Positions 10,308-22,042 of a stretch of 24,503 nt of DNA are shown here, piece by piece. Within the stretch, counting starts at the first letter, position 1; each line of letters starts with the position of its first letter. Source of the DNA: Azolla caroliniana. Lineage: Eukaryota; Plantae; Polypodiophyta. The stretch is taken from positions 1 to 24,503 of the forward strand of contig JBHGNT010000455.1 of assembly GCA_043228905.1 (NCBI GenBank). The letters are read 5' to 3'. The notes below the pieces were generated by a model. It had not been told where the DNA came from, searched no databases, and worked only from the letters and a program-made list of their open reading frames with translations. The translations under genes and the position numbers were made by a program.

Positions 10308-12278
10308 AGAAGTAATTAGAAACATTGTAAGGAAAATAGATTAAAAAGATATTATGAGGTGCCGCATACGGAAAGATGTATCGATCCAAGTAAACACCGT
10401 TTTGTATCCGAACCGGCTACCTATATAAGGAGTTTGGATTGTATTGATTAGGCAACGAGTAATATAATTCATTGTTGTTATAGTTTCTGTACTTGCCTTT
10501 TGCACGTCTATGTTTTAATCTTACACATGTTAATTCATATCTGGATTGTGTGCCACAAAGTGTATCGGATAACCGTATATATATATATATATCGGGGAAC
10601 GTAACCAGATAATGCATAATCATACGTGCACATAATTCCATTCCTCTGACCACACATTTGGATACTACTCCGAAAAGGAATACATTGTGTTTGAGACTAA
10701 GACTTAGTCCAAGATAAACATATATATATATACACACACACATATGAAATATTGTATGTTTTAGTTTGTGTGTGGTATTACATTTTAGCTCTTACATTGT
10801 AACACTGCCTTCTTAATATCAAGTACAACTTGTTCTACATTGTTATTTAATCTCTCTCTTTGTCAATCCTTTCCATCGTGTTTTGGCTCTTCTTAATTTT
10901 CATGTAACAACTCATGTCATCCATCAAAGGTAGTGTCCTTTTAATGATGCTAAGATTCCTACAATATCCTCCTCTAGAGTCTAGAACACACTTATATCCA
11001 ACATGTCATTCAGACAATATTTGAAAACTTAAGTGCATATGCCTATTCCCATCCTTAACAAAGCATCTCAATCGATGCCCCACAAACTGTTTCATTGGGG
11101 GTTTACATTTAAGAGATGTGAACTTGCAATAAGCAATTTCTTTTTTTGAATTGTTGAAATGGTAGATAGTAGTCATCGTTTGTTACAATGTCAAATTACT
11201 CACCAAATTTAGGGTTACATTTCTCAAAATTGCTAAAATTTGTCACATTTTTTTTATGCTAAGATAGTGAGTGTTGTCATGATAATAATCATGACATTAC
11301 TACAAAGTAGAAAAATGAAAGAGAGAATGAAGAAGAACGAGGTAAATTCAGAGAGTTAACGAGATCGAGAATTGGCAAGCTAATGTAGGTGGAGTAACTT
11401 TATTAGAGTAAAAAACTAATTACATTTAGAAAATGTTTCATCTTGATCGAGTACCTCTTTAAATAGGTTTTACTCTGAAATGCATGAACATTGAGATTGG
11501 GAATTCCCGCGTCATGTTGAGCATATAATATTCTCTTAGACAAAATATAAGGCAATAACGCAATTGGTGTAATGGTTCGAATTTGACGCATGCTCCAATA
11601 AAGGTCATGAGTTGCCTTTTAGTGGTGAGATGTCATGATACTGTGCAATTCACATAGCTCAATTTGAGATCATAGATTGGGATCATTTTCCTTTTTCTAA
11701 GATATTGAGGATTGCGTCATAATTGAAATATACACAATTTTTCTATATTTCATGGGAGGGATGGAGTTACCTAAAAACTAAAAGGGTTAGAAGTGTTTAC
11801 CTAAAAAATGTTAAGAGTTAACTCAGTGCATAAAGTTTCTTGATGTATCTCTGCTTCCCATGGGTTAAGATTCGCTTTTGAGATAAAAATGTTTGTACAT
11901 GAATAGAGCATTCACATACAAGCTCACCGGTCTAGGTTATACTTTAAGGAAGCCACCCAAGTTGTCATATCCTCTAAATAAGTCATCAAATGCCTCATCC
12001 TCTATGTTGACCATTTATAAAAGTAAGTGAGTTATTCGTTGCATACATCTCATACTTTATTTTGATGTCGAGGGCAAAGTACTCTAAGGGCTCTACAAGA
12101 ATTAAGACTCATGTTGATTATAAGGCATAATTGAATACAATCACTAGGCATTCTTGAATATTGAATCCAAAATTTAAGGTTAAGAATTGTAACTAAAATA
12201 TTCCAATTTGGAATTTTTTTAGCGTCTTGTGATTTCATCCTTAGACTTTGCATTAGCCATCCCTCAATAATTATATAC

Positions 12279-12409
12279 TGCTTAGGCCATAGAGGCTCTA
12301 AGAAGTCTTCTACACACCAAGGTTTGAGCCTTCTTTTTATGTGATTGCTTAGCCCATAGAGGCTCTAAGAATTCTTCTACACACCACTGTTTGTGCCTTG
12401 CTTGTATGT
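12279..12409. repeat. Tandem duplication, 67-bp period, 2 copies
   Basis: TGCTTAG(G/C)CCATAGAGGCTCTAAGAA(G/T)TCTTCTACACACCA at 12279 and 12346. Confidence 0.85.
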
Positions 12410-12540
12410 CAACCACCCAACCAAACGTGATAGACAAATAGAAGAACCATGGGAGACTGCTTGTAATCTATGAGATAGGGCCTAGGCCATGGCAAGGATC
12501 AAACTTGGGCTCTCTCAATGTTATGACTTTGATGCTACAA

Positions 12541-12587
12541 TGTGTGTGTGTGTGTGTGTGTGAGTGAGAGAGAGAGAGAGAGAGAGA
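12541..12587. repeat. Compound (TG)n(AG)n microsatellite
   Basis: Directly visible in the sequence. Confidence 0.95.
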
Positions 12588-12924
12588 AAGAAAGATTAGC
12601 ATCGCTATAGGTAACACTGGACCTATTAAATTGAAGTGTGACATTTTCACATAGCATGTATGGAATTATTCGTAACTCTTGATATTCAAGAAATTTATTA
12701 ATGACATGTCACCTTTTATAGATGTAAGAAATAGTGTTTTCAATTTCTTTTGTGTGGAATTGGATTTAACATTCATAAGGAGGGTCGATATTTATCGTTA
12801 AATATTGATGTTTTGTTGGAAATGCTCGTGAGTTACCGTATCAAAAGCTTCCGAAAGTTTGTAAATCAACAATAAAATCCTTTCACCTTTCAATTGACTT
12901 TCCCCCTTTAGGACTAGATCAATG

Positions 12925-13243
12925 GTGACATAGTGATCAATGGTCTTATAATATTTTCAAAACCCTACCTATTTGTATGTTCTCTTTCCATTCTCTTCAA
13001 TCCTTGCACTCAACTTTGCTAGCATTACACATCCAAATAGCTTTATAGTAAAAGAAACAACCATGATTATCTTGCAATTATTTATACTATTTGTATTTAT
13101 CTAAAATTTCCCCCATTCAATCTCAAAGAGTGACAAGGTGGTCAATGGTGTTTCGGAAATCTACTTATTAGGATGCTCTCTTTCAATTCTATTCGGCCCA
13201 TTCACTTAGATTTTCTTTCAATACACATCCAAATAGCTTTATA
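12925..13243. repeat. Degenerate direct repeat of about 115-120 bp (12925-13047 and 13130-13243)
   Basis: Both copies start GTGACA..GTG.TCAATGGT and end with an identical TACACATCCAAATAGCTTTATA. Confidence 0.7.
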
Positions 13244-14157
13244 TGATACAACCAACCACGGTTGCTAGATATATGTTTTGCCATTTGTAAATTTCACACT
13301 TTCTATAAAGGTTTGATCCAATTTGTACTCCATGTTGGAGTGCACAATTAAACATATCACGTATCCCAATATCTGTTTCCTTTCTCATCCATTTGAGCAT
13401 ATTTACCTTGATAATGGCCAATTTATTAAGTTCTTTACATGCATTCTCAATGGTAAGGAGGACATATATTGGAGAGAATCTTCTCATGTTCGATTACTCA
13501 TATAAATTATGACGCATATACCAATAAGACTTATAATAGTATCATAGTTTTTGGCACTCCTTTTTATAGAATTTGTTTTCTCAAGCCAAATTTATTGGTG
13601 CCTTCGCAATCATGGAACAATCTCTTTGTGTGGATGAAAAAATTACTTGCTTGAAAGTTTCACATTTGCATTGTTTTGGAGTTGATCTTTGTGAGTTTGA
13701 AGCCATCTTGGTATTTTTATGTGCTTTTTTTAAGTCTACGTACAAATATGGTTCTCTTGCACTTTGGCGAACATGGTCACTCTAAGCATTTGTGTATATT
13801 TAAGAGCAATACATAAAGTTCTATGATTTGATTATGTAGTTCATTTGCCATGTGAAAATTGATGTATACATCACACAGAAATTAGATGAGATGAAACATC
13901 ACCTTCTTCAAAAAGAAAAAGTGGCCTATGAGACCAATAGCTACATCCATCTGAATCTTATAGAAGTCTTACAAGAATAAAGTAACTCAACATAAAGTAT
14001 GCAGTGTGCACAAATTATGTAGGTTTCCTATGCAATATAGTTACGATAAAATATAATTATATATCAACCATGGGTACAAGTAAGGTGGAGGATACACCAT
14101 AAATAAACAAATAAATATCTTGGAGAGGCAAAACACATGGATCAATCCATGAAAGGT

Positions 14158-14158
<1 letters not shown>

Positions 14159-14247
<89 letters not shown>
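14159..14247. repeat. Compound (GA)n(GT)n microsatellite
   Basis: About 30 GA units followed by about 14 GT units. Confidence 0.97.
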
Positions 14248-14250
<3 letters not shown>

Positions 14251-16036
14251 ACAATTCACACAACTTGACCTAAGATTAAAGATGGAGATTGTCTTCCTAT
14301 TTATGTGATATTGGGGATTGCGTCATAATTGGGATCTCTTTAGTGCCTTTTTATTTGATAGTAGACATTGAGTTAAAGCATATCTACAAAAATTGAAGGG
14401 AGTATTGACGCGGCAGCTTTTGTTTATTGGAACACGTCGGAATTCTTTAATCAGTGGAGTGTTTGTCTTGCCTATTGGCAATTTAACATGTCCCACTACC
14501 CATGTAGCAGTGCACCACTTGGTTATAATATCATTGTCGTGTTTTTCATACACAATCATTAATATAATTGTGTGTTTCCACTAGAGAGAGAGAGAGCAAG
14601 CGAGAGAGAGATGTCTTAAAACTTTTCTTGGTTTGGCCTTCAAAAGATATATTTTCGGTTTTTTTAGGTTCAAGTTTGAGCTTGCCATCAAAATAATACG
14701 AAATTTATTTTGCCTCCAAAAAATAGAAGGCGGTATGATTTACATCTTTTAAGATTTTGGCTATTAGAAAACAAGGAAATTTCCATATTAGGGCAAGCTA
14801 GATGTGCACACTCTTCCTCAATCAACGGTTTGAGGTTGAGAAGTATCTCATACATTGATGTGAAGCTTTCACGTCCATTTGCTAATGCTTCTTATCATCA
14901 ATTATCCAATACATCAAACTCGCAGAACTTTTTCATCTTAGGCAAACCAATCCTAGCCTCTTAAGAACTTATGCTCTCTATTTAAATATAGGAGTGGCCC
15001 TTAGATAAAATAAATGAGGAGATTGTGACTATAGATGCCCTTGGCTTTTGAAGGCTCTTCCTAGGTTCCACAGGGCATATTTTTAGTGTCCATAGGACCG
15101 TAAATAATTATTGTGTTTTGGGCATCGTAACAGATGTTGTATGTTCATTGGGTGATGATTCAACACCAAGGAGGTGGGTTGAAACCAACTTTGCGCAAAA
15201 GGTGCGGGTGGTTAAGATATCCAATCTATTTGTGATGATAATATGCAATATAGAGAATGGGAAATGCTAGACCAAATGGTTTTGAATGTCATATATTGAT
15301 AAAATCTTAGTTTGATTGTTTTTGTAATTGCCTATAGGCTCCTTTACTAGCTTAGCCTATATGTCCAAATTTTGTAACGTTCTATAGGGCCTTCGTATAC
15401 TAGGAAAAGTCTCGAAAAGTGGGTGAATTTCTTAATGGCTAATAACAGTACTTGAATAAATGTTATTCCTATGGGAAGTGGATCATTTATTACTAGCTTC
15501 TTTCCTCTCTCTCTACCATATTCGCCTATTTTTAATTCATGGCAGAGACATGGCATCACATTGGGCTCTACGAATAGTATGTGTCCCTCCTATAACCAAC
15601 ATTTCCATCTACATGTCTCAATGTGCAATCCATACACACACAGAAATGAAATGTCGTATTAGCATTTGCTAAAAAGGGGTAATTAATATGTAGTAGTTGA
15701 AACAACTTTGTCCTTGGAACAATCTTGATGCAATGTGTAACGTCTTATGTAAAAATCTATAACCATTGAGGCCAAACCCACTCCAAAGAGTATCAAAAAG
15801 TAAACAAACATGTGCTAGTTATGCACTTGAAAATGTAGTCTTTTACAATTGCATGTCCCTTTAGCGTAGCTAGCACACCTTCTCATGTTATGGAAGTGTC
15901 TAACATAGTTAGCTAGCTTTTCATAGCTATTGTACAATGCATCCAATGTGTAAATTAAGAGATGCAAAATAAGGCCATACAACTTAAATTAGGAATTCAT
16001 CACAACATGCCAGTGTGAATTGTCTTCCACACCTAG

Positions 16037-16177
16037 TCTACAAGCCATGTCAAGGACTCTAGCATTAGTCTCTCATATCTACAAGCCATGTGACAAACTC
16101 TATGTTATCCTCTCATATATTGTGTTAGCCTCTCATATCTACAAGCCTGTGCAGGACTCTAGAGTTAGCCTCATATA
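16037..16177. repeat. Degenerate tandem repeat, about 41-bp unit, 3 copies plus a partial copy
   Basis: TCTACAAGCC...ACTCTA...TTA.(C/T)CTC(TC)ATA at 16037, 16078 and 16138. Confidence 0.8.
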
Positions 16178-16995
16178 TCCATGTGGATAGATGTCACAAT
16201 GCAATTATTGGGAGCTGACATGAGTTAGAGCCTCTACTAGAATTAGTTTTCACACATCTTGGCTTCATAATCTCATGTCTCACAAGATCCATTGCCTAAA
16301 CAATCCTACAAATCATAGATATGAGAGACCTCTCCATTAGACCTCCATCAAATTGTTAAGCGCATAGAAATCAGCTTTGGGTAGTCTAGCAATTAATCTA
16401 CACTCGTGGCTTTGAAAGAGGGTGGGAGTAAGCAATGTAAATTGAGTTATATAAGAAAGAAATTGATTCTTTATCAGATAACAGACAGATTTGCACAAAA
16501 AAATACAGTTTTCATTCAATCAAATTGACTGCCATTCAGAAATACCACACAACACAAAATCCTCAGCCACCTAAATGTTCCAAAACCATTTAATATCAAC
16601 CATATAAAATAATCATTATGAAGAACAAAAAAACAACAAAATTCTCAGAAGCCTAAATACAGACCTGGTTACTCCGAAACCATTTATTCTTGGATGTGTA
16701 AATCAATGCATTATTAAGAATAAAATAGGATCAAAAGTGGGAACTTGAAAGTTTTTGTTTGACGAGAGACAATCCCTCCTCCCATATCTCTGAACCATTA
16801 AGTTTTTACATGGAATTCAAATAGGGAAAGATTCATACATTTTACAAGTTGCATTTGTGAAGATGTGATTTTCAGAAAGGCCTTGCAAGCAGTCACACAG
16901 TAACTGAAAGTTCCATTTATAAGAGCATTTTTTTCAATCTTTTCATGACAACTGAGAAGAACCTCATCGCCCAATAAATAACAATATAGTCATTT

Positions 16996-17088
16996 TCAGT
17001 TTGGACTTATCTGCTTACTCTTTAATAGTTTCTCCAGAAATAGCATCTCCACATCAGTTTGGACTTATCTGCTTATTCTTTAATAGTT
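16996..17088. repeat. 35-bp direct duplication (1 mismatch), 58-bp period, just downstream of the GT43 stop codon
   Basis: TCAGTTTGGACTTATCTGCTTA(C/T)TCTTTAATAGTT at 16996 and 17054. Confidence 0.9.
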
Positions 17089-17258
17089 GCTTCGTATAGA
17101 AGGGCGATGCTTCTTTATGTATGAGAGAGCTGTATATCAGACCTTTCTTACATCAAGTCAGCTCGAGCATGCGCACAACGACAATGGAGTTAGAGCATGT
17201 ATCTTCTTACCATTTGCAATGTCTACATGAATCCAAATTACACTTTCCGTTTGTCCTA

Positions 17259-17496
17259 TTACCATTGTTCACTGTCTGTGCTGACCCTGGCTGGCTTTGT
17301 TCGACGAGAACTCTTTCGTCCTTTTCCACCTTTACTGCCCTTACTTCGTCGTTGTTTTACATTAGCAATGTTGGTTGATTGAAGAAGTGGTGGTGGTGGG
17401 GAAGATGATATCATCGTTGGAGGAACAAAATCTTCAGCTCTCCAAGGGGTGCTTCGAGACGGCACAACTATATCCAAACGAGGATCGATTATCCAC
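17259..17496 (-). CDS. IRX14: IRX14-like GT43 glycosyltransferase, exon 3 (last coding exon)
   Basis: Acceptor tttaatatacgcag|G. WIIDPRLDIVVPSRSTPW matches the IRX14 segment WIIDPPLEITVAAKRTPW, followed by a Pro-rich and basic tail and TAA TAG. Confidence 0.88.
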
Positions 17497-20066
17497 CTGC
17501 GTATATTAAAGAGTAAATTAAAACGCACCATCAGATAAGACTAATTGGAAACGCATTTATGGAAACAAGTTTTCATGCATTAGGAGTGTCATTTATTGTA
17601 TAATGTATGCAACCCCACAAGGTATACCAAGATTTGCATGTGTCATTGAGTTCAATTCAAATGTGCAGACCCTAAGATTTTAGCTCCTCAACTAAGGCAT
17701 GTGTACAGTTGTGGACTTATTTATGGTAACTGCTGAGACCCAAATGAATATTCACATTTATAAAAATGAGTAAATAATTTTAAATCAAATATATAAACCA
17801 TAGAAACCTTTTGCATTTCAGGTTCTCGGCTAAAGCATAAGAGTGTTGCATAATAGTTTTAAATGCAACTAATTCTATAACCCAAATGAATGATATCTGT
17901 ATGAAATTGTGTAAATGCATTCAAAGAGTTCAGCTTCAATGAGAGTATATAGTTGTACATGCATGCTGCACAAAGGATGACATCTTTTATGAAAGTGTGT
18001 CGACAATTTAAAACCAAATACATCAGCACAGCTCGAGTAAGGAAAACATGTGTTTTTCTTCAGGAAAATATAAGCATGTCTGATTAACATTACTAAAAAC
18101 AACCACTCTATGATAATAAAAAGTGGCCAAATGGAAGAATGAGGAGATGCTATCATATCAATGGGAGAGCATGAGAACTTAGAATATAACACTTGGGGCT
18201 ATCTATTAAGGAAGACCTTGAAAGGGATATTGAAGTCAAAATCTTAGAATCTATTTCGAGTCAAGGACCAAGGCACAGCTTGAGAGAAACTGGAACTGAG
18301 ATTGATAAAATATATATCCATCCTCAGGAGGCCACATGTGACCCATAACAAAAGCCACTAGAGAGTGCAAAAAGTGCAAAACCATTATTCAAGAAGTAAA
18401 ATGTAGAATCAGAATCTCTAATGGGCATAGACTCCAGCCAGACCAATGCATTTCTCTAAATGCTCAGCCTGCCACTCAGTACACTACAATGCAGGCAAAC
18501 ATCATCTGGATGATGGTCACCCACTCGAGGTTTACAAGGCTTGAACCTCTCATAGCCACAAGTGTCATTCCTATAGATATGCACAATGGGTAAAGGTATC
18601 AATCTACTAGACCCTCTGGACGAATAGCTATACAAGTCACAGAACATATGCAAAGTAGTTATGTACCACCTCATAAACCATACTTAATCAGAATAAACAA
18701 TGATATACACTCGATATTTCCTAGAACTTATGGATATTCATTTACCAAAATTTCCATATTTTGCTCAACTCTGGAAGCTTTACAACTGTGGAATGTCCCA
18801 AAATATCCCTGTAGTGATTATTCCATGTATTTGATGAGAATTTCTGACCATGGACCAAAGCCCTAGGATATGCTTGCATGGTTTATAAGAAAGCTATGGT
18901 TATACATTTAAACAGAGATTCAACGTGCTTTATTTCATAATTTTACAAAAAAAGAAATATGAAACTCACAAACACAAGACCGTTTCAAGTAAATATGCAT
19001 TGTTGGTGGATGTTCCAATGTCATTAAATGAGAAACATAATCATGGAGTCTGAATTCTGAGGCTCAAGAGTCTACATATTCGATATTGGTAGAATGGACC
19101 TTTGGGGATGAAGTTGGCTTTCTATTATCTCTTATTAACAACAAACATATCGCTCATGCTCATAAGAGCAGTACATCAAGATCGATATAATCAACCATGT
19201 AAGGGAAAATTGAAATGGGAAGTGGGCTCTTATGCCCAAACACATATGTTCTACTAAAAGAAAGTCATTTATGCAAGATTCAGGTAGTCATATATCACGT
19301 TCAAAGAAGCATGTATCATTTATGGTGATTTTCTTCTCAATGAGAATTCACCAGAATATCTTCAGGTGGAGATATGTGTGCCATACCCCCTATCATTCAT
19401 ATGTTTGGAATGTATGAGCCATTACGTATTAGTTTTTAGATACCAGATCAAACTTAAAAGAACATTACCTCCAAAAATGATGGGAAAATAAATAGGAAAC
19501 ATGAAAGAGTGATAAGTAGATCGACAAAAATCCATGTGCTTGTGGTCAATCCATTTATTCAGAAAAAAATATGTGCCACAGATGGATGCATAGAACAGCC
19601 CTAAAATATTGTATCCAAAATAAACACTGTTGACAGAGTGATTCCCAAAAAGTAAGGATACACTCCAAATTGGCCCAAATGCCCTAAAATTTCAGTTATT
19701 TCCTAAAATGCCCTTGATCAATCCCAAAAGAACAATTATCTGCAATGTTTTTAAGCAATCTCATGGTCAACTCACCCTTTTTTCTGAATCAAATGCGGAT
19801 TTGGGCAATTATATGGTCAACTTACGCCATTTCTTCCTTGGGGATTGAGAAGAGGCTTGTGGGGAATTAAAGAAAACCATGAACATTTCGGATTTTTTCC
19901 CTACAAAATAAAGGTCTATAGGGTGTTTCGAGTTTTTTTTCTGTAAGAAGTTTCATTCAGAATGTTCAATCTGTTATATCTACAAAAAAACATGGCAGTG
20001 AACTATGATAATACAGTATGCAGAGGACTATACAAACTTGGAAGAGGCTTCTGAGAAAAGACAAAC
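17497..20066 (-). other. Intron 2 of the GT43 gene (2570 bp, GT-AG, phase 2)
   Basis: AG|GTTTGT donor at 20066 and GCAG|G acceptor at 17497; splicing joins FPAR to WIIDP in frame. Confidence 0.85.
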
Positions 20067-20633
20067 CTGGCAGGAAAATCATCATCAAAGTGATCCATTG
20101 ATGGAAACTTCCATAGTAGTACATCTCGCCCACAATTGCCAAGAGGTTCAATATATGACGCATTCCTCAAAAGAGCCAGAGGGCTCTTAAGAGAACCTTC
20201 ATTTTCCAAACCAAAAACGTCATTCCAATCCTTAATCCACGAAGGTTTTCTATGATCTTTCCAAAGAATTCTTGAATTAAGAGCAAAACCAGACCACTCC
20301 AAGGTATTTTCAAATCCAGTATTTTGTTTAGAGTCGTTGATATCATACCAACCAACAACATATCCATTTGCATTGCAAGCTGGGCCCTGAAGTGGTAACA
20401 GATATTTAGATGTAAATTCTATCTTCGGATTGCTTGAATAATCAACTTTGGCAATGGAATGCGGTTTTCTATTGCCAAGATCATTGTGTATAAGATCAGT
20501 TGGATTGAGAATACCAACAGCGAAAGCTCCAATCCATTTAACTTTATGTGCTTTCTCAAAGAAATCCAAACTGTATGTATTACTAGCGTCTGCAAACAGA
20601 ACTATACCATCCAAAAGCTCATTTTGGACAAAC
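20067..20633 (-). CDS. IRX14: IRX14-like GT43 glycosyltransferase, exon 2
   Basis: LDGIVLFADASN, VKWIGAFAVGIL, LPLQGPACN, VVGW, LEWSGFALNSRILW and IEPLGNCGRDVLLW are recognisable IRX14/GT43 catalytic-domain blocks. Confidence 0.92.
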
Positions 20634-20708
20634 CTGCAACATGGCCACATCAAGTTAATTTGATATTAAGATAATTCCTTCTTATACAAGGAACAGCTCA
20701 AGTTTTAC
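20634..20708 (-). other. Intron 1 of the GT43 gene (75 bp, GT-AG, phase 2)
   Basis: AG|GTAAAA donor and TTGCAG|G acceptor; splicing joins LRVEGLR to FVQNELLDG in frame. Confidence 0.9.
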
Positions 20709-21427
20709 CTTAATCCTTCAACTCTCAGTTTCATTTCAAAATTCATTCTTTGTTCGAGATGTTCAGGCATAGGTATTTCTAAAGCTAGATGGTGATAGGA
20801 AAGCTGTGAACTTGAAAGAAGATCCTCTGTTTCATTTGAGATACTGCCAGCTTCAACGACAATCCAAATCAATGGACTAGAAACTAATCTTAAGGTATGA
20901 ATAAGGCAATTTAAATACACTGTTTGAAAGGTATGGATGTAGGTTGGCGTGATGATAAGAAGTTGTTTCTTCTCTTCACGGCCGTAGATTCTTCTTTGTT
21001 CACCTTGTACTATATCCATAATGCGATGAGCTGCAATAGCTTGCTGAGGATCAGGATGTGGCCATGGTCTTATGAGAATTTCATGTCTTCCCACATGTAC
21101 TCTGCTACTTTTTACTCCAACCGAAGATTGTAATAACGATACTGTAGAATTTTGCTCATCATTTCTCACATCTACGAAAGAAGATCCTGTTCCATTGGAA
21201 AGAATTTGGATTTTCTGTACACTTGTAGAGAAGAAAGCACCATGATGAATCTTGAACGGGACTACTATCAGGAATCCTTCTCTCGAAAGCTGAAAACCAA
21301 GTGTAAGAGAAGCAATGCAGAGCAAGAGGTGAAAGACAAATCGAAATATGTTCAATCGATCAAGAGTTTTCTCAGAGGAGACGATGCCTTGGCGGCCAAT
21401 GCTTCGGTTCCTATTAACCTTTGTCAT
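20709..21427 (-). CDS. IRX14: IRX14-like GT43 glycosyltransferase (probable xylan synthase subunit, type II membrane protein), exon 1; spliced CDS 1524 nt = 507 aa
   Basis: First in-frame ATG at 21427. TM anchor FRFVFHLLLCIASLTLGFQLSR; SSRVHVGRHEILIRPWPHPDP, IITPTYIHTFQ and WIVVEAG are characteristic of the IRX14 clade. Exon lengths 719+567+238 give an uninterrupted frame. Confidence 0.92.
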
Positions 21428-21938
21428 CTGATTCTCCACTTCAACAGTATTTCTAGAAGCCAAGTGTGTCGTTCATGGTATTTGAATTGTTTCAGCATAA
21501 CTATCCACATTCCATCCAACCACAGGAAACTTGAACATAGGAGAGTGACCAAAACAAACCGTTGTAATGGAAGAAAAAAATCACCAAAATCTACACAGTT
21601 GAAAAGTTATTATGTCTGTGTATTATGCTCCAAGATAATGTGCGAAGAAGTTCTGTATCTTCCCCAGATATGTCTGTTTGATAGAGCTCTAATGTCTTTA
21701 TGCAATATCAGCTAGGAGAAGATCTTTGAAAAAAAACTTTTACCAGGAAGAATGAAGAGATCTTTATTTACCAAATGTCTCTACCTGTAGAACTGATGAC
21801 AGAGGAAGAAGATAGATCTGCAGAGGGGATTAACATTCTGATTCTATGCAGTGGTGGAGATCTTGTGTCCATCAATTATCATTCCGCTCCAAGAAAGGTC
21901 GAAATGTGGCTTGCCTGCAGAGATTAATGATGAAATAT

Positions 21939-22042
21939 ACAGCAGAATAGAAGATTTCAGCTGCGGACACTGGTAAAAGATGAAGGAGACAGCAGAATAG
22001 AAATCTTCAGCTGCAGAATCTGATGAAAGGTGAAGGAGACAG
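21939..22042. repeat. 50-bp tandem repeat, about 2 copies
   Basis: ACAGCAGAATAGAA...TTCAGCTGC...TGAAGGAG at 21939 and 21989, with a third start at 22039. Confidence 0.8.

Noticed and set aside
10360-10680. TATCCG/CGGATA-type motifs suggesting a hAT MITE relic
   Set aside because: I could not define TIRs or a TSD.
11207-11215. TTTAGGGTT telomere-like motif
   Set aside because: A single copy, expected by chance in AT-rich DNA.
13239-13790. Possible LINE reverse-transcriptase remnant on the minus strand
   Set aside because: Only a vague resemblance to the QGDPLSP region and no convincing motif; would need tBLASTn or HMM support.
21428-21463. ORF-track start at TTG 21463 for the GT43 gene
   Set aside because: This is a eukaryotic gene; the first in-frame ATG is at 21427 and gives an IRX14-like N-terminal length.
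21152-21715. 187-aa plus-strand ORF antisense to exon 1
   Set aside because: Non-ATG start, no recognisable domain, and overlaps a real coding exon on the other strand.
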